A DNA stretch of 64,000 nt from positions 1,152,001 through 1,216,000 of the forward strand of contig CAVPCR010000001.1 of NCBI GenBank assembly GCA_963702435.1. The letters are read 5' to 3'. Below are positions 1-9,476 of this stretch, in pieces. Made by a program: the position numbers and the translations under genes. Every line of letters starts with the position of its first letter. Positions within the stretch are counted from its first letter, which is position 1. This DNA is from Candidatus Eiseniibacteriota bacterium. Its GTDB lineage: Bacteria > Eisenbacteria > RBG-16-71-46 > CAVPCR01. The notes beneath the pieces were generated by a model that saw only the letters and a program-made list of their open reading frames with translations, was not told the origin of the DNA and ran no database searches.

Positions 1-2
1 CG

Positions 3-461
3 GAGCGGGCGGCGGCGACCACGGCAGCCGTGGACTCCCTGCAGATCGCGCGGCTCACGCGCATGGTCGGTGATGCCATCGGGATCGACGAGGCACGCGG
101 TGACCGCCTGACCGTGATGGCAGTCCCCTTCGACACGGTGGCGGCGCTGCCGGCGAGCGCCGGGAGCGAGTCAGCCGGCGGCAAGCTCCAGATCGTGGAG
201 ATTCTCGACCGGGTGCTCCGGCCCGTGGTCGGCATCGCCGCGCTCATCGTGCTCGCGCTCCTCGCCTTCAAGATCGTCAGCTCGCTGCCGGCCCGGGCGG
301 TCTGGAACGGGGCGGCGCAGCGGACCCCGGATGCAGGCGGGCGCGACGCGTCGGCCCACGGCGGCCCCACCAACGGCGGCCGGCTGGGTCCGGGCGGACA
401 GATCGAGGCCAACCCGGAAGCAAGCCTGAAGGTCGTGCGCTCCTGGCTCAAGCAATCATGA
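3..461 (+). CDS. fliF: Flagellar MS-ring protein FliF, 3' part (truncated by window start)
   Basis: Open frame from the window edge; AIGIDEARGDRLTVMAVPF motif, a TM helix and C-terminal NPEASLKVVRSWL; directly upstream of fliG. Confidence 0.9.
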   Translation, partial: ERAAATTAAVDSLQIARLTRMVGDAIGIDEARGDRLTVMAVPFDTVAALPASAGSESAGGKLQIVEILDRVLRPVVGIAALIVLALLAFKIVSSLPARAVWNGAAQRTPDAGGRDASAHGGPTNGGRLGPGGQIEANPEASLKVVRSWLKQS

Positions 462-474
462 AGGGAGGAGCTGA

Positions 475-1491
475 ATGCTGACGGCCGCCATGTCCCTGAG
501 CGGCATCCAGAAGAGCGCAGTGCTCTGCCTCGCCCTCGGCCCGGAGAAGTCGGCGCAGATCCTGCGCCAGCTCGCACCGGATGAAGTGGAGGCAGTGTCC
601 CGCGAGATCGCGCGACTGCAAGAGGTCGAACCCGAGGTCGTGAACCACGTCCTCCAGGAGTTCAACATGGTCTCGGGATCCAGCGAGCGGGCGGTTCTCG
701 GCGGGATGTCGGCCGCCCGCCAGCTCCTGCAACGCGCATTCGGCGACAGTCAGGCGGCCTCTCTTCTCGATCGCGTTCAGAAGAAGCTCGAATCCGGCAC
801 CCTGTCCCACCTCGAGCGAGTCGAGCCCAGGATGTTCGCCAGCGTTCTCCTCGACGAGCACCCGCAGACCATCGCAGTCATCCTCTCCCACATCGATATC
901 AAGCAGGCCGGGCGAGCCCTCGACGAGTTGCCCGTCGAGACCGCCTCCGAGGTGCTGTTTCGCATGGCCGCGATGGACAAAGTAGGACCGGATATGCTGG
1001 CGGTGCTCGAGGACGGCCTCCGCAGCAAGACCGACCTCTCGCTCTCGCAGGAGCTGTCGGCCGCCGGCGATGCAGCCCGGGCCGCCAAGCTCTTGAACCT
1101 GGCGGCCGGGGCGCGCAGCGAGCAGATCCTCGACCGGATCAAGGCGCGCAACGGCGAACTGGCGGCACGCATCAAGACCCTCATGTTCTCCTTCGAGGAC
1201 CTGCTGCTGATCGACCGCAAGGGCGTGCAGGCAATCCTCGCCAATATCGACAGCAAGGAGTTTGCGCTGGCCATGAAGGGCGCCAGCGCCGAGCTCAAGG
1301 CTCACGTGCGCTCCAACATGTCGGAGCGGGCTGCAACGGCGCTCGAAGAGCAGATCGAGCTTCTCGGACCGGTCCGGGTGAAGGACGTGGAGGCGGCGCA
1401 GCAGACCATCATGGAGGAGGTGCGCAAGCTCGAGGAGGCCGGCGAGGTCGTCGTGCGGCGCGAGGGCGAAGATGGCGAGTTCATCGAATAG
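475..1491 (+). CDS. fliG: Flagellar motor switch protein FliG
   Basis: LSGIQKSAVL, EHPQTIAVILSH, MFSFEDL and GPVRVKDVEAAQ motifs; GGAGG RBS. Confidence 0.97.
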   Translation: MLTAAMSLSGIQKSAVLCLALGPEKSAQILRQLAPDEVEAVSREIARLQEVEPEVVNHVLQEFNMVSGSSERAVLGGMSAARQLLQRAFGDSQAASLLDRVQKKLESGTLSHLERVEPRMFASVLLDEHPQTIAVILSHIDIKQAGRALDELPVETASEVLFRMAAMDKVGPDMLAVLEDGLRSKTDLSLSQELSAAGDAARAAKLLNLAAGARSEQILDRIKARNGELAARIKTLMFSFEDLLLIDRKGVQAILANIDSKEFALAMKGASAELKAHVRSNMSERAATALEEQIELLGPVRVKDVEAAQQTIMEEVRKLEEAGEVVVRREGEDGEFIE

Positions 1492-2143
1492 CACGGCCCC
1501 GGCGGCGGCATCGTGGTTGCCTCCGGCGCTGGCGGGCAGCGACGCCGACGATCGCCCGCGCCGCGACCCGGGGACCGCCACCGAGTGGCTGGCGCCGGAC
1601 CTCGAAGCCCCGATCGCCCGCCAGCCGCCGGCGCCGCCGCCCGGCTGGCCGGACCCCGAAGGGCCCGCCAAGGCCTATCGCCGCGGGTACGCCGAAGGCC
1701 TGCGCGACGGCAGAATGCAAGAAGCCGCGACCCTGAGCCCGGCCGTCAAGGCGCTGACCGAAGCAGGCAAGGCGCTGGACGCCGGCCGCAATCGTTTCGT
1801 CCACAATCTCGAGCAGGATCTCTATCTGCTCGCGGTCGCGGTCGCCCGCAAGGTCATCCATCGCGAGGTGAGCACCGACCCGGAGATCGTCCGCGAGCTG
1901 GTCCGCCACGGCCTCGAGCTGGTCGGCCCCGAAACACCGGTCGAGATCCGCCTCCATCCCGCGGACCTCGACGCGGTGCGCGCCGACCTCGAGGCGGTCC
2001 CGGATCAGTCCAGCGCCTGGCGCTGCACCGGAGATCCGGCGATCGAGCAGGGCGGGTTCTTCATCGAGAGCCCGCGCCGGATCGCCGACGGGCGGCTCGA
2101 GGAGGTTCTTCGTCTCATCTACGAGCGACTGGCCCATGAGTGA
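1472..2143 (+). CDS. fliH: Flagellar export protein FliH
   Basis: AYRRGYAEG (AxxxGxxxG) repeat, IRLHPAD and DPAIEQGG motifs; position between fliG and fliI. Confidence 0.9.
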   Translation: MASSSNSTAPAAASWLPPALAGSDADDRPRRDPGTATEWLAPDLEAPIARQPPAPPPGWPDPEGPAKAYRRGYAEGLRDGRMQEAATLSPAVKALTEAGKALDAGRNRFVHNLEQDLYLLAVAVARKVIHREVSTDPEIVRELVRHGLELVGPETPVEIRLHPADLDAVRADLEAVPDQSSAWRCTGDPAIEQGGFFIESPRRIADGRLEEVLRLIYERLAHE

Positions 2144-3491
2144 TTGTCACAGCACATCCTGGGTCGAGGAATCCTGCGCGCGACTGGCAGATGCGCCGGG
2201 CGCCATCGTGTCCGGGCGCGTCACTCGCGTCATCGGACAGGTGGTCGAAGCCACCTCGTTGCCGATCCCGGTCGGCGAGATCTGCCGGATCTCACCCGAG
2301 GATCGCGCCAGCGTCGTCGCGCAGGTGGTCGGCTTCCACGACCGCGGCGTCCTGCTGATGCCTTTCGGTGAGATCCACGGCGTCCATCCGGGCGCCCTCG
2401 TGACGCCCCTGGGCCGGGAGTTCTACGCCAACGTCGGGGAAGGTCTCATCGGGCGCGTGCTCGACGGACTCGGTCGTCCCATCGACGGGCGGGGTCGAAT
2501 CGGTCCCACCGAGCATCGCGTGCTGTCCGGGCAGCGACTGAACCCGCTCGAGCGGACCCTCATCCGGCGGCCGCTCGGCACCGGAGTGCGAGCGATCGAC
2601 GGCTTGCTCAGCCTCGGCGAGGGCCAGCGCATCGGCATCATGGCCGGGAGCGGCGTCGGCAAGAGCGTTCTCCTCGGCATGATCGCACGCAAGACGAGCG
2701 CCGACGTGAATGTCATCGCCCTCCTCGGTGAGCGCGGCCGCGAGGTGCGCGAGTTCATCGAGCGCGACCTCGGCGACGAAGGCCTGCGCCGCTCCGTGGT
2801 GGTGGCAGCAACGAGCGACGAGGCGGCACTCGTGCGCGCCACGGGCGCCTTCGTGGCGACCACCATAGCCGAGTACTTCCGCGACCAGGGGCACAGCGTT
2901 CTGATGATGGTGGACTCCATCACCCGTGTGGCCATGGCGTGGCGTGAGATCGGTCTGGCCGTGGGCGAGCCGCCGGCTACCAAGGGCTATCCGCCCTCGG
3001 TGTTCGCGATGCTGCCGCGGCTGCTCGAGCGTGCGGGGACCGCGGCGGTGGGCAGCATAACCGGTCTCTATACCGTCCTTGTCGAGGGCGACGACTTCAC
3101 CGAGCCGGTCGCCGACTCGACCCGCGCCATCCTCGACGGGCACATCGTTCTCTCGCGGCAGCTCGCCAACGTGCGGCACTTCCCAGCCATCAACGTGCTG
3201 GAGAGCGTGAGCCGCGTGCGGGACTCGGTCATCTCGGCCGGGCACCGCGAAGCGGCCGAGCTCGTTCTGCGGCTCGAAGCGGTGCACCGTGCGCACGAGG
3301 ATCTCATCGCCGTCGGAGCATACAAGGCGGGCACCGACCACGAGGTGGATGCGGCGATCCGATTTCGGGGTGCGGTGCGCGCGTTCCTCTGCCAGGACGC
3401 CGGCGATGGAACACGCCTCGAGGATGTCGTCGCGCGGCTCGACGCTCTCGCCGGCGAAATTCGCACTTATCTGCGGGGAGATCAGCCATGA
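2136..3491 (+). CDS. fliI: Flagellar export ATPase FliI
   Basis: Walker A AGSGVGKS, LLGERGREVREF, GEPPATKGYPPS, DGHIVLSR. Confidence 0.97.
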   Translation: MSDCHSTSWVEESCARLADAPGAIVSGRVTRVIGQVVEATSLPIPVGEICRISPEDRASVVAQVVGFHDRGVLLMPFGEIHGVHPGALVTPLGREFYANVGEGLIGRVLDGLGRPIDGRGRIGPTEHRVLSGQRLNPLERTLIRRPLGTGVRAIDGLLSLGEGQRIGIMAGSGVGKSVLLGMIARKTSADVNVIALLGERGREVREFIERDLGDEGLRRSVVVAATSDEAALVRATGAFVATTIAEYFRDQGHSVLMMVDSITRVAMAWREIGLAVGEPPATKGYPPSVFAMLPRLLERAGTAAVGSITGLYTVLVEGDDFTEPVADSTRAILDGHIVLSRQLANVRHFPAINVLESVSRVRDSVISAGHREAAELVLRLEAVHRAHEDLIAVGAYKAGTDHEVDAAIRFRGAVRAFLCQDAGDGTRLEDVVARLDALAGEIRTYLRGDQP

Positions 3492-3946
3492 AGCGCTTCG
3501 CCTTTCGCCTGGATCGCCTGCTCAACCTCCGCCGGCAAGTCGAGACGGAGAGGGCAGGCGCCCTTGCTCAGGCACGACAATGCGAGGAAGTCGCACGCCA
3601 GACCAGCGAGGAGGCCAGCGCCCGTCTGGAGCGCTGCCAGGAGCAGATGCCGGGCTCCACCGCCGAGGTCAGCCCCGCCGGTACGCTGCGCAACCTCGGC
3701 CTCGCCGTGCAGACAGCCGCAGTCGAGGCCACGGTGGCTGACGACAACCACCGTAGCGCCGAGGATCAGGTCCATGTCGTGCAAGAAGCGTTCGGCACTG
3801 CGCGCAAGGAGAGGTTGATCGTGGAGAAGCTCCGTGACCGGAGCCAAGAGGACTGGGCCACCGATGCCAGGCGCGAAGAGCGCAAGGAGCACGACAGCCT
3901 CTCGCAGCAGCGCTGGCTCTCGCACCAGGAGCGAGGTGAATCGTGA
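3488..3946 (+). CDS. fliJ: Flagellar export chaperone FliJ
   Basis: N-terminus MKRFAFRLDRLLNLR, coiled-coil character, ATGA overlap with fliI. Confidence 0.88.
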   Translation: MKRFAFRLDRLLNLRRQVETERAGALAQARQCEEVARQTSEEASARLERCQEQMPGSTAEVSPAGTLRNLGLAVQTAAVEATVADDNHRSAEDQVHVVQEAFGTARKERLIVEKLRDRSQEDWATDARREERKEHDSLSQQRWLSHQERGES

Positions 3947-4438
3947 AGAAGCTGGTCATGATCGCCGCCGCTGCGTTCGTTCTGGCCATGGGGGCGGGAA
4001 CCGCCGGCCGCCTCATCATCAAGCCGCCAGCCGCAGCCCAGACCCCGGAGGAGACCGCCGGAGATCCGGCGAACCACACCGCCCGCGACGCCACCCAGGC
4101 GAGCGCCACGCTGGCGAGCGCAGCGGCGGCGCCGCCGGCGGCCGGTGATGCCGCGTCGAGAGCGCAGCCGCGCCGGGGCACAGGGCCTGCCGTGACCAAC
4201 GAGCGACTCCTCGAAAGAACGATCCGGAGTCGAGTTCTTCGAGATGACCCGCATTCTCGTCGGCCTCCCCCCGGCCGATGCGGCGATCTTCGTCGAGCAG
4301 CTCGATGACAAACACGCCATCGCACTCTTCCGATCGATGGCAGTCAAGGATGCCGCCGCCATCCTCGCCTACATGCCAGCCAAGCGCCAGCAAGGGCTCA
4401 AGGAGCGCCTGCTCGAGTCGCCGCGAGCCGGACGATGA
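3943..4438 (+). pseudogene. MotE/YlxF(FlbB)-like flagellar protein split by a +1 frameshift (probably sequencing error)
   Basis: N-terminal signal/TM and Ala-rich linker in the frame of 3943; MgtE_N-like repeat (LPPADAAIFVEQLDDKHAIALFRSMAVKDAAAILAYMP) in the frame of 4244; typical position between fliJ and fliK. Confidence 0.65.
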
Positions 4439-5400
4439 CCGCCGTCACGCCGGCGTCCACCGTCGGAAACAGCGGCTCCACCCCCGGCCGTCTCGTGGGC
4501 CGCAGCCAGGAGCGCGAGCGGGACAGCTTCAACTTGGCACTCTTCGTCGCGCTCCTCGGCGCCCCGGGGGTCGAGGACCTGGGTTCGCCGGCGAGCACGC
4601 CAGGGGATGGCCGGCCGCGGCCACGCGGCGCGAGCAACGCGAGCGCCTCGTTCTCCGCGTCCGCCGAGTTCGCCGGTGAATTCATGGATGCCTCGGCGGC
4701 CGCCACTCGCGGCGCGCATCCGCGCACCGCAAGCGGGTTTGAGCCCGGCCAGAGCGGCACGTCCCAGGCGTATTCGCGGCCAGCCGCCACCGAGAACAGC
4801 GAGCCCGAGCCAGCCGCCGTGGCGGGACAGCGGACCGGCGGCGGCACCGAAGGTGGGGGAACCCCGCCGCGCGCTCCGGCGGCGGGCAACGCCGCATCGG
4901 GCCCTGCATCGCCGGTCGCCCTTGCCGCCATGAACGCCATCGGCCCGCCCGCGGCGCCGGCAGGTGGGAAACCCGGCGCGGCGCCGGCTGCCACGTCGAG
5001 TCAGCCGCCCAAGCTGGCCACGACCGGAACCAGGACGGGATCGCCCCTCGTGGTCCCGTTCCGGGATCTCGACGGGTCGGAAGGCCGGATCCGCGTCACG
5101 GTGCGCGCCCACTCCCTCTCCGCCACGATCTTCTCCTCGAGTCGGGAGATGATCCGGCACCTCGGTGATGGAATCGTGACGTTGCAGAAGGCCCTGGCCG
5201 AGCACGGCTTCGGCCAGTCTCACGTAGCCGTCCACCAGACGGCCCATACCAGCGACCTCGATCCCCAGTCCGATCGCCCCGGCGCGGGCCCTCACGGCGA
5301 CCAGCATTCGCGACGCCGAGCCCGCGACGAAGATCACCGCTCGGGACCGGCCGACCGCTCCTTCACCGCGGCCCTGTCCGCAAAGGACCCCAGATCATGA
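4435..5400 (+). CDS. fliK: Hook-length control protein FliK
   Basis: Long low-complexity P/A/S/G region followed by GRIRVTVR...LQKALAEHGF C-terminal domain; directly upstream of flgD. Confidence 0.75.
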   Translation: MTAVTPASTVGNSGSTPGRLVGRSQERERDSFNLALFVALLGAPGVEDLGSPASTPGDGRPRPRGASNASASFSASAEFAGEFMDASAAATRGAHPRTASGFEPGQSGTSQAYSRPAATENSEPEPAAVAGQRTGGGTEGGGTPPRAPAAGNAASGPASPVALAAMNAIGPPAAPAGGKPGAAPAATSSQPPKLATTGTRTGSPLVVPFRDLDGSEGRIRVTVRAHSLSATIFSSSREMIRHLGDGIVTLQKALAEHGFGQSHVAVHQTAHTSDLDPQSDRPGAGPHGDQHSRRRARDEDHRSGPADRSFTAALSAKDPRS

Positions 5401-6068
5401 TCGAGACCAACGCCGTCACGTCGCCGCTGTTCAGCACCCAGACGCCGTCGCGCTCCGATGCCGCCTCGGGTCGCAACGATTTCATGACTCTGCTCATCAC
5501 CCAGCTCCGACATCAGGATCCGCTCCAGCCGCTCGCGCCCCAGGAGTTCGCGTCGCAGCTGGCGAGCTTCAGCACGGTCGAGGAGCTGACCCGCATCAAC
5601 GCCGGCCTCGCCGAGCAGATGCAGAGCCTCGAGATCAGTGCCGCGCTGAACAGGACATCGTTCAGCGCCTCGCTCCTCGGACGTTCCGTCCTCGTCGAGA
5701 GCGACCAGGTGGTGATCCCCGCCGACGGGAAGGGCCAGATCACGGTGGATGCCGGGGCGGGCGGGGGCAACGCCAGGCTGCATCTGATCGATGCGAGCGG
5801 CCGCGAAGTGGCCACCAAGAATCTCGGCGCCATCGAATCCGGGCGGCGGACGATCACCATCCCCGGCGACCTGCCCTCCGGCACCTATCGCTGTCGCGTC
5901 GAGATCACCGGTGCCGATGGCCAGCCGGCGCCGGCGCGCACGTATGCCGCGGGCTGCGTCGACCGCGTGCTGTTCGATGAGGACGGCATCCACCTCCGCA
6001 TCGGCGATCTCGTCGTGGGCCTCGATGCGCTGGTCGAGATCGCTCCGGCTCCCGCCAAGGCAGCGTGA
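5397..6068 (+). CDS. flgD: Hook capping protein FlgD
   Basis: DFMTLLITQLRHQDPLQP...FASQLASFSTVE motif plus Ig domain. Confidence 0.95.
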   Translation: MIETNAVTSPLFSTQTPSRSDAASGRNDFMTLLITQLRHQDPLQPLAPQEFASQLASFSTVEELTRINAGLAEQMQSLEISAALNRTSFSASLLGRSVLVESDQVVIPADGKGQITVDAGAGGGNARLHLIDASGREVATKNLGAIESGRRTITIPGDLPSGTYRCRVEITGADGQPAPARTYAAGCVDRVLFDEDGIHLRIGDLVVGLDALVEIAPAPAKAA

Positions 6069-6104
6069 GGCGCGAGCGCCGCGAATCAACAAGGGAGGAC
6101 TGTC

Positions 6105-7334
6105 ATGTGGCGTGCGTTTCAGACCGGCCTCAGCGGGATCAGGAATCACCAGCTCCGCCTCGATGTCATCGGCAGCAACATCGCCAACATCAACACGGTG
6201 GGGTTCAAGGCGTCGCGGACGCTGTTCGAGGACATGTTCTCGACGAGCCTGGCCAGCGCGAGCCATGTTGCGGGCTCGAATCAGGCCGCACTCGAGATCG
6301 GCAACGGCGCGCGGGTGAGGGGAGTCGAGGCGTTGTTCACCCAGGGGACCCTGGAGGAGACCGGGCGACCCCTCGACCTCTCCATCGTCGGTGACGCCCT
6401 GTTCATGCTCCGGGACGGCGGCCGCGTCGTCTACAGCCGGGCTGGGAACTTCGAGATCGACCCCACGGGCCGGCTCGTCCTGGGCGGCACCCACTATGTG
6501 CTGCAGGGAGCGACCGCCGGAAGCGACGGCACGCTCGGGGCCGGCATCGGGGACATCGTGATCGATCCCGGCGCCCGGGCACCGGCCGAGGCCACGAGCG
6601 AGCTCGCGATCAGCGGCAACCTGGACGCCGCCGCGACGGCGGGCACCGAGCGCGCGATGACCGTGAGCGTCCATGACCCGGCGGGCAACTCTCACGCGCT
6701 GCGATTCACCTTCACCAAGTCAGGCGACGGGAGCTGGACCTGGACGGCCGGCGGCCCCGGCGACTTGATCGCTGCCGGCACCAGCGGTCGCGTGACCTTC
6801 GATGCCGACGGGAACCTTGCCGGATTCACCTATGACCAGGGCGGGGGCGGGATCCAGCTCACCCCGTCCGGCGCGCCGGCCTTCTCCGTTCATCTGGCGG
6901 CAGCGGACGGCGGCAGACTGACTGCGCACGCCGGACCCTCGACGACGGCGATGATCGCCGCCGACGGCAGGGCAGCAGCGGATCTGGTCGGCCTCGCCGT
7001 CGACGGCGACGGCTTGATCCAGGGAATCTACGGCAACGGCGCCACCATCCCCGCCGGTCGGATCGCGCTCGCCACGATCGCGAACCCGGCCGGGCTCGCC
7101 CGCATCGAGGGCAATGCCTACGCCGAGACTCCCGCCTCCGGGCGAGCGACCGCCGGCTTCATGGACGCCGCGGCGGGACAGGCGATCGCTGCGGGCACCC
7201 TCGAGCGCTCGAACGTCGACCTCTCCACGCAGTTCGCCGACATGATCACGACACAGCGTGGATTCCAGGCCAACGCCCGCGCGATGACCGTTGCGGACGA
7301 CATGCTCGCCCTGCTCACGAGCCTCTTGCGGTGA
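6105..7334 (+). CDS. flgE: Flagellar hook protein FlgE
   Basis: GSNIANINTVGFK, TGRPLDLSIVG, YSRAGNF, LERSNVDLSTQFADMITTQRGFQAN; 409 aa after flgD. Confidence 0.95.
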   Translation: MWRAFQTGLSGIRNHQLRLDVIGSNIANINTVGFKASRTLFEDMFSTSLASASHVAGSNQAALEIGNGARVRGVEALFTQGTLEETGRPLDLSIVGDALFMLRDGGRVVYSRAGNFEIDPTGRLVLGGTHYVLQGATAGSDGTLGAGIGDIVIDPGARAPAEATSELAISGNLDAAATAGTERAMTVSVHDPAGNSHALRFTFTKSGDGSWTWTAGGPGDLIAAGTSGRVTFDADGNLAGFTYDQGGGGIQLTPSGAPAFSVHLAAADGGRLTAHAGPSTTAMIAADGRAAADLVGLAVDGDGLIQGIYGNGATIPAGRIALATIANPAGLARIEGNAYAETPASGRATAGFMDAAAGQAIAAGTLERSNVDLSTQFADMITTQRGFQANARAMTVADDMLALLTSLLR

Positions 7335-7554
7335 TCCGCGGCGCGGCGCCAGGAGAGACGGTCCGACCAGCGGACTGCTTCTGACCGGCAAGAACCGCTC
7401 CCCGGCGGAACGAATTGCCGTCCTCCGGCGCCGCTTTCTGCAGGGCGCCGCTCAGCGGCGCTCCGGCCGCCGAGCCGCCGCCGGAACCCATTGATCAGTA
7501 GACAGATATGGGCGCGACCGGGAGCCCGGACCGGAGCTCGCCGGGCTGCCGGCC

Positions 7555-7570
7555 TGGTACGGGTGTTGCA
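7555..7570 (+). promoter_or_regulatory. sigma54 (-24/-12) promoter for the fliL operon
   Basis: TGGTACGGGTGTTGCA versus consensus TGGCACG-N4-TTGCW; about 48 nt upstream of the fliL ATG. Confidence 0.8.
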
Positions 7571-7618
7571 AAGGACACGCGTCGACCCGTCACGCCATGG
7601 AGAAAGGAGGACGTTTTC

Positions 7619-8137
7619 ATGGCCGAACTGGCGATTGTCGAAGGATCAGAGTCGCCGGAGCCGCCGCCGCGGAAGAAGGCTCGCCAGCCCGCCGCGATCG
7701 GCATCGTCGCGGGGGCGGTCGCCGCCGGGCTCTGCCTCGGTGCGCTGGTTCTCGCTCCCGCATTCGCCCCGCGCTCCGCAGCCGATGGCGGCGCCGACAC
7801 GAACGCCAAGGGAAAGGAGAGGCACAAGGCGGAGCCGGCATCGGTCGTCGAGCTCGACAACATCATCGTCAATCCGGCCGGGTCGGAGGGCAACCACTAC
7901 CTGCTGGCCACGGTGGCGATCGAGGTGATGGACAAGGAAACCGAAGAATACGTGCGTACGCATGAGCACGTGGTCAAGGATGTTGTCATCAGCACGCTGT
8001 CGGAGCAGACCATGGAGATGCTGCAGAAGCCGGGCGCACGGGATGCGCTCAAGGTCGTTCTCGCCGGCAAGATCGGCGACCTGATCGGTGATTCCGCACA
8101 CCTGCAGGTCTACTTGCCTCAGTTCGTGGTGCAGTGA
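7619..8137 (+). CDS. fliL: Flagellar basal body protein FliL
   Basis: ATG at 7619 after AAGGAGG; single TM; IIVNPAGS..HYL and VYLPQFVVQ motifs. Confidence 0.9.
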   Translation: MAELAIVEGSESPEPPPRKKARQPAAIGIVAGAVAAGLCLGALVLAPAFAPRSAADGGADTNAKGKERHKAEPASVVELDNIIVNPAGSEGNHYLLATVAIEVMDKETEEYVRTHEHVVKDVVISTLSEQTMEMLQKPGARDALKVVLAGKIGDLIGDSAHLQVYLPQFVVQ

Positions 8138-9147
8138 TGGCTGACGCGGATCTCCTCGCGCAGAGTGCGATCGACGGGTTGTTCGCGATCAAGGCCGGCA
8201 CGGCCGGCGAAGAGCGCGCCCAACCCGAGGTTCGCCCCTACAGCTTCGTCCGGCCCACGCGGCTCGGACAGAAGACCGCGCTCGCGCTGGAGACCGCCCA
8301 GACGGCGCTCCTCCAGAACCTGCGCAAGGCACTCACCGCCCAGCTGCGGACGGCTGTCGAGGTATCGGCGCTCGGGATCGAGAGCATCTACTACTCGGAA
8401 CTCGCAGTGGCCCTCGGCTCACCCTGTGCGGCTTACCTCTTCAAGGTGGGCCGCAAAGGCGAAGGCACCGGCATCCTCGAGTGGGGCATCGGGACCGGCC
8501 TCGCTCTCGTCGATCGCCTGCTGGGCGGCAGCGGACGGCCGGCGGGTCTCGAGCGCGCGCTCACTCAGATCGAGCAGGGAGTACTGACCCCGGTCAGCAA
8601 GCGCGTTGTCGCGGCGGTGGCTGACACCTGGGCCGACATCATACCGGTGAGCCGCGACATCATTGCCTTCACCGCCAACCCTGCTCCCGGGCGCTTCGCG
8701 CAGAGCGAAGACCGCTACCTGGCCATGCTGCTGCGATTCACGATGGACTCCTTCACGGGCACGCTGACCGTGGGTCTGCCCTTTGCCCCGCCCGAAGCTG
8801 CGGCGGAGGCCGGTCCACCGCGCGTTCCCGCCAGCATGCAATTGCCACTCGCTGGCCGCCGGCTGCTCGCACCCAGCGGCCTCCAGCATGCGCGACTTGA
8901 CCTCTCGGCACGGCTCCCGATCGTTCCGCTGCGGATGCGCGAAGTCCACTCGCTGCGCCCGGGCCAGATCCTCGATACCGGCATGCCTCCCGACACCCAG
9001 GTGAACGTCTTCGTCAACGGGATGCTTCTGTACAAGGCTACTCCCGGCCGCGTCGGCGGCCAGCTCGTGCTCCGCATCACCGAGGCGGCGACGCGACCGC
9101 TCCCCAGTCGATTTGAACCCGTGAAGCAACGGAGGGTGATCTCGTGA
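8137..9147 (+). CDS. fliM: Flagellar motor switch protein FliM
   Basis: N-terminal LAQSAIDGLF (LSQxEIDALL-like), VRPYSF.RP, DRLLGG.G, C-terminal SpoA domain. Confidence 0.88.
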   Translation: MADADLLAQSAIDGLFAIKAGTAGEERAQPEVRPYSFVRPTRLGQKTALALETAQTALLQNLRKALTAQLRTAVEVSALGIESIYYSELAVALGSPCAAYLFKVGRKGEGTGILEWGIGTGLALVDRLLGGSGRPAGLERALTQIEQGVLTPVSKRVVAAVADTWADIIPVSRDIIAFTANPAPGRFAQSEDRYLAMLLRFTMDSFTGTLTVGLPFAPPEAAAEAGPPRVPASMQLPLAGRRLLAPSGLQHARLDLSARLPIVPLRMREVHSLRPGQILDTGMPPDTQVNVFVNGMLLYKATPGRVGGQLVLRITEAATRPLPSRFEPVKQRRVIS

Positions 9148-9476
9148 CCAGCGACCCCACATCCGCCGCTCCGCCGGCCGCCACCGGCGTGGACGACTCC
9201 ACCTCCGCCCCGGCGCCGGATGCCCTTGCTCTCGACGCGCTCATGGACGTCTCCATGCCGGTGATCATCGAGATCGGGCGGACGACGCTGACCCTGAGCG
9301 AGATCCTCGAGTTGCGGGAAGGATCCCTGGTACAGCTCGATCGCCTGGTCGGTGAAGCGGTGGACGTTCATATCAGCGACCAGAAGCTCGCCGAAGGTGA
9401 GGTCATCGTGATCGGTGACAACTTCGGCGTGCGCATTACGCGCGTCCTGAGCGCTCCCGGGGAGAAGAAGGCGTGA
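9144..9476 (+). CDS. fliN: Flagellar motor switch protein FliN
   Basis: LMDVSMPVIIEIGRT...AEGEVIVIGDNFGVRIT SpoA motif. Confidence 0.95.
   Translation: MTSDPTSAAPPAATGVDDSTSAPAPDALALDALMDVSMPVIIEIGRTTLTLSEILELREGSLVQLDRLVGEAVDVHISDQKLAEGEVIVIGDNFGVRITRVLSAPGEKKA

Noticed and set aside
7385..7425. CGGCAA/TTGCCG half-sites as an enhancer for the fliL sigma54 promoter
   Set aside because: The palindrome is imperfect, such words are common at this GC content, and no matching site was seen upstream of the flgF promoter
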